Source of the DNA: Nitrospirota bacterium
GTDB taxonomy: Bacteria; Nitrospirota; Thermodesulfovibrionia; Thermodesulfovibrionales; Dissulfurispiraceae
Assembly: GCA_040758355.1 (NCBI GenBank)
Contig: JBFLWF010000021.1
Location: 1 to 45,886 of the forward strand
Length of the DNA: 45,886 nucleotides
Direction of reading: 5' to 3'
A program made the translations under genes and the position numbers. The notes below the pieces were generated by a model, which worked only from the letters and a program-made list of their open reading frames with translations, ran no database searches and was not told the DNA's origin. Shown here piece after piece: positions 7,538 through 16,079 of this stretch. The stretch's first letter is position 1; every line of letters begins with the position of its first letter.

Positions 7538-10294
7538 ATGACAGAAAACACATCGGAATTATCAAATATGCAGGCGAATATACAGGATCAAAAAGACTTT
7601 TCCATGGAGAATTTTTTGGGCAGCGACAGGGAAGTGCTTAAAAAGCTTCAGGAGACCGTTGACAGGAACATAGAGCTTTACAAGATCACAAAGGAGCAGC
7701 TCAACAGGATTACTGTCATATATGAATTAACAAAGGCAATCATATCCATAAGCGACTTCGATGAGCTGCTGAAGAAAATCTCTGAAGATGCCACAAAACT
7801 GTTCAATGCAACAGGATGCATGATACGCCTTATAGAAGAAGGCAAGCTTAAAATCAGGGCATCTTTTGGTTTTCCCGAAGAAATTAAAGAGGGAGTAACA
7901 GTATGCATGGGTGAAGGGATAGCAGGGAAGGCGGCGTCGGAAGGAAAGACAATACTGGTCAAAAGCCCCGAGGAATTCGGCACCATCGCTCCAAATATAA
8001 ACATCCAGACAGCCATATGCACTCCTCTAAAGATAGGGGACCAGATAATAGGAACCTTTGGACTTTTCGACAAAATGTCGCCTGACGGCTCTATAGTTTC
8101 TTTTACAGAGGACGACATTACCACTCTCGAGGGCATTGCATCCATTGTTGCCATTGTAATAGACAAATCGATCCTCTACGAAAAGGCCCTGAAACAGGAA
8201 AGGGAGGCCATAGAGGCAAAAAACCATGTCGAGGAATTAAAGGATTATCTTCAGGGATTGATAGAAAACACTGCCGATGCAATAGTAACCTCTGATTTAA
8301 ACGGAGTTGTTACATCATGGAATATAGGTGCAGAAAAGATCTACGGCTACACAAAGGAAGAGGCCGTAGGCAGGTACCTTCCCTTTATTCCTGACTTTCT
8401 TGTTGACATGGAAAAGAATTACAGCGAGCGGGTGAAAAGCGGAGAGACCGTAAAGGACATAGAGACCGTGCGCAGGACAAAGGATGGAAGGCTTATCGAT
8501 GTCAGTCTTACCCTTTCTCCCATAAAGGATTCCATCGGCAATATAATCGGCATAAGCGGAATAGCCAGGGACATAACAGAGAAAAAAAGGATAGAAAAAG
8601 AGCTACTGAGAAAGAACAACGAGCTTTCGAGGCTTTTCTTCATAAGTTCTGCAATGAGGGGGACGCTTGAACTGGACAAGCTCCTCAGGATGGTTCTTAC
8701 AGCGGTTACGATGGGGGACGGCCTTGGATTCAACCGCGCAATGCTCTTTCTTTTAGATGAGGATAAACAGGTTTTAAAAGGGGCAATGGGTGTCGGCCCT
8801 GCGAGCCATGAAGAGGCATGGCAGATATGGTCCAGATTATCCATGGAACACAAGAATCTCCACTCCCTGATAGAGGAGATAGAGGACAGCCCCCTTAGAA
8901 AAGATTCTTTCATAGACAGGCTCTGCTGCGGAATAGAGATTTCCCTCGATATAGAAACAATACTCACAAAGGCTGTTAAGGAGAAAATAGCCTTCAATGT
9001 CACGGATATCCATTCAGAACCCCTGTCAGACCCTGTCCTCATCCAGCAGCTCGGGACAATGGCATATGCCGTGGTTCCCTTGATATCGAGGGATAAGGTA
9101 ATAGGGATTTTATGGGTTGACAACCTCTTCTCAAGAAGGCCTGTAACAGAACACGATATGGAATTTTTAAAGGGTTTTACGGACCAGATAGCGTCTGCCA
9201 TAGAAAATGCAAGCCTCTTTGAGCATGTGGCACAGGCAGAGCAGGAGCTGGAGAATATCTTTGAATCTATTTCCGACTATCTCTATGTAACAGACATTAA
9301 TTTCACTGTGAGAAAGGTCAATAAGGCAGTGGTTGAACTGCTGAACAGGCCGGCGGAGGAGATAATAGGAAAGAACAGTTTCGAAGTGTTCAGGGATGTG
9401 TCAGAGCAATGGTCATTATGCCCTTACAAAGGGGAGATAAAAGGGACGGTTACGCAGGAACTTCATGATCCAAAGACAGGAAAGGCTTATCTTGTATCTT
9501 GCTCTCCTGTTTTGGATAAATCAAAAGAGGTGGTGGGAACCGTCCATCTCATAAAAGATATAACCGAGATGAAGGTATTAAGGGAAAAAGTCGCATCTGC
9601 TCAAAGGATGGCTGCCCTCGGGGAGATGGCGGCAAAGGTGGCCCATGAGATAAGGAACCCGCTCCTTTCCATAGGAGGTTTTGCAAGGAGGCTTGAAAAG
9701 AGGCTCGATGGCGATTTAAAGGAGCATGCAAAAATAATAGTGGGCGAGGTGCAGCGCCTCGAAGGGATATTGAACGATACCCTGAGTTTTGTAAAGAGTG
9801 CAAGATTGGATAGGAAAAAGGTTGATATAAACGAACTCATCGATAGTATCACTAATCTCCTTGAGCCTACAATATACGACAGGGGCAACGCACTGATAAA
9901 GGAAATAGAATATCCGGCAGAGGCGTTTATAGACTATGACAGAATAAAAGAGGCTATTTTGAATATAGTCGCCAATGCCAACCAGGCAACGGACAATGGG
10001 AATATAATCATAAGGGCTTATATCGGGAAAACATATTCCGAGGCAGACCTTTTCGGACACAGGACAGAAAAGAGAGAGACCGTAATCGAGGTGGAAGACA
10101 ACGGATGCGGCATCAAAGAAGAAGATATCGACCGTGTTTTCGATCCCTTCTTTACTACCCGTCCCACAGGGACAGGACTCGGGCTTTCCATAACAAAGAG
10201 GATTATCGAGGAGCATGGTGGTAAAATAGAAGTTGAAAGTGTCTGGGGTAAGGGTACAAAGTTTAAAATATATCTACCTTTGGAGGAGGAATGA
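7538..10294 (+). CDS. cytoplasmic multi-sensor histidine kinase (GAF-PAS-GAF-PAS-HisKA-HATPase)
   Basis: GAF (GEGIAGKAA, PLKIGDQIIG), PAS (WNIGAEKIYGY, DVSLTLSPIKD, IARDITE), H-box AHEIRNPL, DNGCGI, FDPFFTT, GTGLGL. Start placed at ATG 7538, just after the glgA stop. Confidence 0.92.
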   Translation: MTENTSELSNMQANIQDQKDFSMENFLGSDREVLKKLQETVDRNIELYKITKEQLNRITVIYELTKAIISISDFDELLKKISEDATKLFNATGCMIRLIEEGKLKIRASFGFPEEIKEGVTVCMGEGIAGKAASEGKTILVKSPEEFGTIAPNINIQTAICTPLKIGDQIIGTFGLFDKMSPDGSIVSFTEDDITTLEGIASIVAIVIDKSILYEKALKQEREAIEAKNHVEELKDYLQGLIENTADAIVTSDLNGVVTSWNIGAEKIYGYTKEEAVGRYLPFIPDFLVDMEKNYSERVKSGETVKDIETVRRTKDGRLIDVSLTLSPIKDSIGNIIGISGIARDITEKKRIEKELLRKNNELSRLFFISSAMRGTLELDKLLRMVLTAVTMGDGLGFNRAMLFLLDEDKQVLKGAMGVGPASHEEAWQIWSRLSMEHKNLHSLIEEIEDSPLRKDSFIDRLCCGIEISLDIETILTKAVKEKIAFNVTDIHSEPLSDPVLIQQLGTMAYAVVPLISRDKVIGILWVDNLFSRRPVTEHDMEFLKGFTDQIASAIENASLFEHVAQAEQELENIFESISDYLYVTDINFTVRKVNKAVVELLNRPAEEIIGKNSFEVFRDVSEQWSLCPYKGEIKGTVTQELHDPKTGKAYLVSCSPVLDKSKEVVGTVHLIKDITEMKVLREKVASAQRMAALGEMAAKVAHEIRNPLLSIGGFARRLEKRLDGDLKEHAKIIVGEVQRLEGILNDTLSFVKSARLDRKKVDINELIDSITNLLEPTIYDRGNALIKEIEYPAEAFIDYDRIKEAILNIVANANQATDNGNIIIRAYIGKTYSEADLFGHRTEKRETVIEVEDNGCGIKEEDIDRVFDPFFTTRPTGTGLGLSITKRIIEEHGGKIEVESVWGKGTKFKIYLPLEEE

Positions 10295-10295
10295 T

Positions 10296-10649
10296 ATGAA
10301 GATACTGGTTGTGGATGATGAGAAGAACATATTGAAACTCTATCAGGCAGAGCTTGAGGACGAAGGATATACAGTTGTCACAGCCAACTCAGGGCGGGAG
10401 GCAATGGATATCTTTGAAAGTGAAAATCCCGACCTTGTTACCCTCGATATCCTGATGCCCGATATCGACGGCATTCAGATATTAAGGCAGATGAAGGAGA
10501 AAAAGCCCGATATACCCATAATAATGCTCACTGCCTATGATTACCGGGATGACTTCTCTGTCTGGGTTTCTGATGCATATGTGGTCAAGTCATCGGACCT
10601 GAGCAATCTGAAGGCCACTATAAGACAGATAATTGAAGGCAGAAAATAA
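10296..10649 (+). CDS. single-domain response regulator (receiver only)
   Basis: KILVVDDE, LDILMPDIDG, IMLTA, VVKS; GGAGG RBS before ATG 10296; no output domain. Confidence 0.92.
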   Translation: MKILVVDDEKNILKLYQAELEDEGYTVVTANSGREAMDIFESENPDLVTLDILMPDIDGIQILRQMKEKKPDIPIIMLTAYDYRDDFSVWVSDAYVVKSSDLSNLKATIRQIIEGRK

Positions 10650-11889
10650 GGTAATCACCCTTAAGGCCGAACTTCCTGCATATGGCGGTCTTTCCATCGG
10701 CAAATGGAAGGGGAAAGTTGTATTCATAAAAAACACTATCCCCGGAGAGACGATAGAGGCAAAATTAGAAGAAGAAAGGAAAGATTATTACACAGCCTCG
10801 ACAACAAAGATATTAGAGCCCTCTCCCGACAGAATAGAACCCAATTGTAAATTCTTCGGCCCATGCGGCGGCTGCCAGTTTCAACACATTTCCTACCAGA
10901 GGCAGATAAAATTAAAAGAAGAAATCCTCAAGGACTCTCTAAAAAGATTAGGGAAGATAGACATAGAACTGTCAAAGCCCCTCATTTACGATAATCCATG
11001 GCATTACAGGTACAGGGGGCAGTTCAAGGTTTTACAAGGCAAGATAGGATTTTACAGAGAGAAGACAAGAGAGGTAATCGATATCGATGGCTGTCCTCTT
11101 ATGACAGAGGAGATAAACGAATATCTTCTGAAAGTTAGGGGTATATTGAAAAATAGCGAACACCTCCATGCAGTCAGCGAGGTGCATATATCTCATGGAG
11201 ACGAGGCTGTTGCACTGATAAAAACAAGAGGGAAACAACCTTTGAAATTGGATGGGCTTGCCCCGGCATTTCTGCATTCAGGGTTTTCCGGGGTATTCAT
11301 CGATTCCGGAGAAAAGAGGTTGTTAAAATATGGAAACCATTACATAACACTCGACCTTGAGGGTTTAAAATACACCATATCGCCCATGAGCTTTTTCCAG
11401 AGCCACTGGAGATTGAACCAGGCTGTTGTTGGATTTGTAAAAGACAGCCTGCAGCCACTTAAAGGCAAGAGGGTATTGGACTTATACTCAGGTGCAGGAA
11501 ACTTCTCCCTTCCCATTTCCCTTGATGTAGGCGAGGTGATTGCTGTCGAGGAAAACCCTTTTGCCATAGAGGATGGCAAGAGGAATTTGCAAATAAACGG
11601 CATAAAAAATTGCAGATTCATCCGTTCATCAATCGAGGGTTTAAATATCAAAGATTCCATCGACATCATAATATTAGATCCTCCGAGATTGGGTCTCACA
11701 AACGCTGCAATGGATAAAATACTCGCCATGGTGCCTGAAAGGATTGTGTATGTGTCATGCAATCCCACAACCCTTGCGAGGGATACGAAAAAGCTCTTTG
11801 CTGCATATGAACTGGAATCTATAAGGATGATAGACTTCTTTCCTCAGACATATCACATCGAGTCATTGGCATTTTTGAGGACGAAGTAA
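10633..11889 (+). CDS. rlmD: 23S rRNA (uracil-C5)-methyltransferase, RlmD/TrmA family
   Basis: TRAM N-terminus, C-x5-CGGC Fe-S motif, SFFQ, LDLYSGAGNF, LDPPR, YVSCNPTTLARD, DFFPQTYHIE. Confidence 0.88.
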   Translation: MKAENKVITLKAELPAYGGLSIGKWKGKVVFIKNTIPGETIEAKLEEERKDYYTASTTKILEPSPDRIEPNCKFFGPCGGCQFQHISYQRQIKLKEEILKDSLKRLGKIDIELSKPLIYDNPWHYRYRGQFKVLQGKIGFYREKTREVIDIDGCPLMTEEINEYLLKVRGILKNSEHLHAVSEVHISHGDEAVALIKTRGKQPLKLDGLAPAFLHSGFSGVFIDSGEKRLLKYGNHYITLDLEGLKYTISPMSFFQSHWRLNQAVVGFVKDSLQPLKGKRVLDLYSGAGNFSLPISLDVGEVIAVEENPFAIEDGKRNLQINGIKNCRFIRSSIEGLNIKDSIDIIILDPPRLGLTNAAMDKILAMVPERIVYVSCNPTTLARDTKKLFAAYELESIRMIDFFPQTYHIESLAFLRTK

Positions 11890-11916
11890 TAATAATAAAT
11901 TATATATGAGCATTTT

Positions 11917-12086
11917 ATACATGTTAGGCACGGCTCAAAGACTTTAAAAAGTGCTATTTTAAGTGAGTTATAGAAGATAATAAACGCATTCACCCAAGAA
12001 GTATCCAATGTTGTAGAATACGGATACAAGATAAATGTTTCTACAAGTGCAGGGTTTAAAGTCTTTTCGCCGCACCTAACATGTAT
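11917..12086 (-). repeat. 170-nt element bounded by 32-nt imperfect inverted repeats (structured ncRNA or MITE-like)
   Basis: ATACATGTTAGGCACGGCTCAAAGACTTTAAA (11917-11948) vs TTTAAAGTCTTTTCGCCGCACCTAACATGTAT (12055-12086): 28/32 complementary. Internal IR TTGTAGAA/TTCTACAA (12011-12046). Confidence 0.8.
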
Positions 12087-12116
12087 TTTAAGTTTTAATT
12101 TAAGGTAAAATTATTC

Positions 12117-12635
12117 ATGCCGCTTTTATGTCCGATAGACAACCTGAATGAAAATCATGAAATCATACTATGCGACAGTATAGTGGCAAAGCAGGCACAC
12201 AAGGAGTTGTTCCGTTATAAAGACGATGTCTATGTAACCGTTGATAATACAGAAAATGTCTTTGACGCAATTTCTAACACCGTCAATTCATGCAATGCAG
12301 AGTCAAATTCCTGCCCATCAAAAATCCATTTAGTCCTTAACTGGCTTAATCTCCTGAAGGTCTCTCTGTGGCAGGCAAAGAAGCCGACAACAGGAGATGC
12401 TTTTACTGTGCTCAAAAATGCAGGGGTCGGCTCTCATGAGCTTCAGCCCTTCAAGACTTCTGATTTAAACGACATATTCCCGTGGCTTTATTATGGAAAG
12501 AGGTTTGACATCCTCAGAAAGCTGTGCCACAAGGCAAAAAAGCAGACAGAAGCACATCTTAAAAATCATTCCATCCGTGTTGACTGCCATCTTATTGCTG
12601 AGGATACAAAGAAGGTAGTTGCAAGCAGCCTCTGA
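12117..12635 (+). CDS. hypothetical protein (possible remote similarity to the CbiD C-terminal domain)
   Basis: 172-aa ORF filling the intergenic space, TAAAAT 5 nt before ATG. Family assignment is by eye only. Confidence 0.65.
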   Translation: MPLLCPIDNLNENHEIILCDSIVAKQAHKELFRYKDDVYVTVDNTENVFDAISNTVNSCNAESNSCPSKIHLVLNWLNLLKVSLWQAKKPTTGDAFTVLKNAGVGSHELQPFKTSDLNDIFPWLYYGKRFDILRKLCHKAKKQTEAHLKNHSIRVDCHLIAEDTKKVVASSL

Positions 12636-12692
12636 AGGACCTGTTAGCCTCCGTGAGAGGCATAGCAAGAAATCGCCGGAGCCAAATAGTTA

Positions 12693-12708
12693 ATTAGGGA
12701 CACATCCC
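12693..12708. repeat. REP-like inverted repeat downstream of the transposase
   Basis: ATTAGGGACACATCCC, exact reverse complement of 13426-13441; contains mini-hairpin GGGAC-AC-ATCCC. Confidence 0.85.
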
Positions 12709-12712
12709 CTAT

Positions 12713-13383
12713 TTAACTCTTTTGCCCTTTTGGTCTGCCAGGTCTCTGTAGTATGAACCTTTTGTTCAGCTTCTTTTCCATCCTCTTTATAAACTCTTCT
12801 CTACCGAAAGGTCTTCCAGTTCTCGTTGAATACTTCAAGCGTTGTATCTCTTCCTCTGTAATGCTCTCTCTGATAAATGCTATATAGTCTTTCCGTTGAT
12901 TATCGTTAAGAAGTTTTCCGCCTAATATGTCGTCTCTCTTGCCTTCGATATGAGCCTTTGCGCTTGAATAGGGGTATTCCTCTTCTTTTTTCACTATCTT
13001 TGCACGCTTTGGATTTTGCTCAATATATCTTGCCACAGCCCATAAATAATGTTCTCTGTCAACTATGCAGGAATGGTATCTGCTTTCCCACAATCTTCCT
13101 GTTTTTTCATATTTCCTGTTGATATGCTGGGTATAACAAAGCGTTAGTCCTTGCATCATTTTATAAAGAGATTCCTCGCGTTTAGGTCTCACAAGCAAAT
13201 GGACATGGTTTCCCATAAGGCAATATGCAATGACTGGGCATTCCCATTTGTCTGAGTATTTTTTAGTAATTCCAGATATTTTTGTCTGTCTTCCTCTTCA
13301 AAGAAGACTTTCTCTTTATTATTCCCTCTTTGGATTATATGATGAGGGAATCCTACCGCAACCGCTCTTGCTATCCTCGGCAT
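12713..13383 (-). pseudogene. REP-associated tyrosine transposase (RAYT, Y1_Tnp / IS200-like HUH), frameshifted
   Basis: N-part MPRIAR..PHHIIQRGNN (13383-) and C-part AYCLMGNHVHLL, GRLWESRY, RYIEQNP, YPYSSA (-12713) lie in different frames. One extra A in the A6 run at 13259-13264 restores ...LLKKYSDKWECPVIAYCLMGNHVH. Confidence 0.88.
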
Positions 13384-13389
13384 GCAGTA

Positions 13390-13418
13390 ATTTTACAGAA
13401 CAGCTATTTTAATGTCAA
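13390..13418 (-). promoter_or_regulatory. near-consensus sigma70 promoter of the transposase (leaderless)
   Basis: Minus strand TTGACA (13418-13413), 17 bp, TAAAAT (13395-13390), 6 nt before ATG 13383. Confidence 0.7.
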
Positions 13419-13425
13419 GAAATAT

Positions 13426-13441
13426 GGGATGTGTCCCTAAT
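13426..13441. repeat. REP-like inverted repeat upstream of the transposase
   Basis: GGGATGTGTCCCTAAT, exact reverse complement of 12693-12708. Confidence 0.85.
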
Positions 13442-13594
13442 AATTCCTAAACTGCTTAAACTATATCACATTTAAAATATTTTTAAAATAGAAAAGCTGC
13501 ATAAAATCAATCATATAGGTATTCCTACCACTCCGTATTTTCTGATATTACAGATTAAAAGCGAAAGGTCGTAAAATATGGTAAAATTGTTCCG

Positions 13595-14791
13595 CTATCG
13601 CCCCAGCAGTTTTTTCAGGCGTAAGAACTCTTTAAGTGACCTCGAAACACAGTCCTCTATAGCCATGCCGTCGAAATAATTCCCTGTCAAAAGGAGACGG
13701 CTTTCAGAAATAGACTGCTCGATTTTACCGATCAATGCTTCATGCCCGACCTTGAGGGAAGGCACAAAGTTCTCTTTAGCAGCTATATGTTCGATCTGCG
13801 CCAGCTTCACTCCAAGCACTTCGGCTATCTTCTTTAGCTTCGCATCGTTATTTAAAATGCCGGGTTTGAAATGGAATGTGAATCCTCTATAAGAATCATG
13901 CTTCACAGTGTCTCTTGACACTATCGAATAAAAGCTGTCTGACGACGGAATTATTCCTGCGACAGACGGTATTGAGATCAAATCCGCCTTGATAGCCACG
14001 CCTACAGATTCCACTGTTTCGACCTTTATATGCGACAGTTTTTCTGATACCTGTGGAAATTGTTCACGTAGAAACCTTGCTGCAACAGATGCAGGTGTGG
14101 CAATGGCTAAAAAATCCGATTCATACGAAGAGTCTTTTGTGATAATCTGAAAGAGATTGTTGCTGGTATTCACTGAAATAACTTCTTTGCCTGTAGCAAT
14201 CTCGATTGTTTTTTGCGATGAGATGGAATCCGTAATCGTTTGAACCCCATTAGTAAGCGTAAATTTTTTTATGATATCTTTTCTTCTGAGACGCTTCTTA
14301 AAAAGCATGTCTGCCGGAAAATCGCTTGCATCCTGAGAGATTACCGCATTAAGGGCAGGAGAGAGAACTTTCTCATAATTTTTATTTCCAAGAACTTTTG
14401 AATAATAAGACCTTACGCTCTGCCCCTCTTTTTTTAGGCTAAAAACATTCGGTACCGAGATCAGGAGTTCCAGAAAATTAAGCTGTGAAGGGATCGACTT
14501 TATATGACCATCCACGAGCATTTTGAAAGGAACCTTTTCGCGCTTTACAAGTCTGCTGATTGTTGTGCAGTCTTCCATGATTTCGATTAAGTTCCTGTAA
14601 GAATTGTAGCAGGTATGGGCGCCCATCTCGATCCAGAAGCCGGTATCCTCAAAACTATGAGAATGCAGAGTGCCGCCGACCCTTTCGGTCTTTTCGATTA
14701 CTAATGTCTTAAGCCCTTCTTTTGCGCAGTAATGAGCCAGACTCAAACCGCTGATGCCGGCACCGATTATGATAATGTCGTATCTGTCCAT
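13595..14791 (-). CDS. FAD-dependent oxidoreductase, protoporphyrinogen/coproporphyrinogen oxidase (HemY)-like
   Basis: IIIIGAGISGL, EKTERVGG, EMGAHT, LTGNYFDGMAIEDCV; TAATG overlap with hemH. Confidence 0.75.
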   Translation of the reverse strand: MDRYDIIIIGAGISGLSLAHYCAKEGLKTLVIEKTERVGGTLHSHSFEDTGFWIEMGAHTCYNSYRNLIEIMEDCTTISRLVKREKVPFKMLVDGHIKSIPSQLNFLELLISVPNVFSLKKEGQSVRSYYSKVLGNKNYEKVLSPALNAVISQDASDFPADMLFKKRLRRKDIIKKFTLTNGVQTITDSISSQKTIEIATGKEVISVNTSNNLFQIITKDSSYESDFLAIATPASVAARFLREQFPQVSEKLSHIKVETVESVGVAIKADLISIPSVAGIIPSSDSFYSIVSRDTVKHDSYRGFTFHFKPGILNNDAKLKKIAEVLGVKLAQIEHIAAKENFVPSLKVGHEALIGKIEQSISESRLLLTGNYFDGMAIEDCVSRSLKEFLRLKKLLGR

Positions 14792-15732
14792 TATATCCAC
14801 ACCAAATCCTTTGCATTCTTTATTACGATGTCTGACAGAGCTTCTATAAATTTTGGAGATGTGTTCAGCGATTCAATTCTCTTGAGATTCATCCCAAGAC
14901 CCTGAGCCATGTCTTTATAAAGCATGTCTATTTCATAAAGGGTTTCGATATGGTCTGATACAAAACTGATCGGCACTACAAGGAGGTCTTTCACGCCTTT
15001 TTCTGCAAGTTCATGGAGCATTTCTTCGGTTGTGGGCTCAAGCCATTTCACAGGCCCTGTCTTGCTCTGGTAAGAGAGATGCCACTCTATGTCAATCTTT
15101 CTCAGGATTGCATCTATAGTCCCTTTTATCTCATTGACATAAGGGTCGCCCTTATCGATAAATTTTTTAGGAAGGCTGTGGGCGCTGAAAAGGACAACGG
15201 GTTTTTTGTCAAAAGTCTTTATTCCCTTCTGGATATTTTCAACAAGGGCATTAATGTAAAGTGGGTGATTAAACCATGATGTCACCGAGAAATAATCCAC
15301 ATGGTATTTTTTTATCACCTCTTCAAACTTTTTCACAGAAGAACCTGTTGTGGCAATCGAGTAGTGTGGATATAGGCTTAAGGCTAAAATCCTGCTTATC
15401 CCGTCTCTCATTGCATGATCAACGGCCTCTTCAATAAAGGGACGCCAGTATCTCATGCCTACATAGACCCTAAATTTCGAATTTAATAAATTTTCAAGTG
15501 CTTTTGCCTGCGCGTTTGTAATATCGAGAAGGGGAGACTTGCCGCCGATGAGGCTGTAGGCTTCTATAACACTTTCTAATCTTTTGCGGATAATGAGTGA
15601 TGCAATGGGCTTCTGGAGAAAGGATGGGCCGAGCTTTATGATATCTCTGTCAGAGAAAAGATTGCGCAGAAAGGGCTCGACCGAATCGAGAGAGTCAGGC
15701 CCCCCCATATTTAAAAGGATAATGCCTATCAC
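14791..15732 (-). CDS. hemH: ferrochelatase
   Basis: LLNMGGPD, GGKSPL, GMRYWRP, LYPHYS, FSAHSLP, GDPY, YQSKTGPVKWLEP, FVSDHIETLYEID. Confidence 0.96.
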   Translation of the reverse strand: MIGIILLNMGGPDSLDSVEPFLRNLFSDRDIIKLGPSFLQKPIASLIIRKRLESVIEAYSLIGGKSPLLDITNAQAKALENLLNSKFRVYVGMRYWRPFIEEAVDHAMRDGISRILALSLYPHYSIATTGSSVKKFEEVIKKYHVDYFSVTSWFNHPLYINALVENIQKGIKTFDKKPVVLFSAHSLPKKFIDKGDPYVNEIKGTIDAILRKIDIEWHLSYQSKTGPVKWLEPTTEEMLHELAEKGVKDLLVVPISFVSDHIETLYEIDMLYKDMAQGLGMNLKRIESLNTSPKFIEALSDIVIKNAKDLVWI

Positions 15733-15778
15733 AAAATTAAGGATACTGGATTAACCCGAAAAATTCAAATGGTAGGAT

Positions 15779-16027
15779 TCAAGAACCTTGTTCTTTCAGC
15801 TTTTTCATCAGCCTTTCGTACTTCTCGGCACCAACGCATTCCTTGGCTGCAGGGCACCACTGCAGGCATGAAGGCTTCATATCCCTTGTTATAGTTTTCC
15901 CACATCCCTTGCATACAGTATCAGGTTCATCTGTCCATATCTCGTTTTTGTGCATGCAATATGCACAGATTAACTCTTCGGGAAACGGTGTTCTTATCTC
16001 GCTGCTTCCTGGACAACTCTCTTTCAT
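15779..16027 (-). CDS. small cysteine-rich (zinc-ribbon/Fe-S-like) protein
   Basis: 82 aa, 8 Cys: CPG, CAYC, CKGC, CLQWCPAAKEC; extended -10 TGcTAAAAT 6 nt before ATG. Confidence 0.8.
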   Translation of the reverse strand: MKESCPGSSEIRTPFPEELICAYCMHKNEIWTDEPDTVCKGCGKTITRDMKPSCLQWCPAAKECVGAEKYERLMKKLKEQGS

Positions 16028-16079
16028 AATATTATTTTAGCAGATACAGGATGTTAGAAATATGAGATAAATCATATGC

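Noticed and set aside
11917..12086. Interpretation as a retron msr-msd or as a single attC
   Set aside because: No reverse transcriptase in the window, and the GTT/AAC heptamers are in the opposite order to an attC. Kept only as an unexplained structured element.
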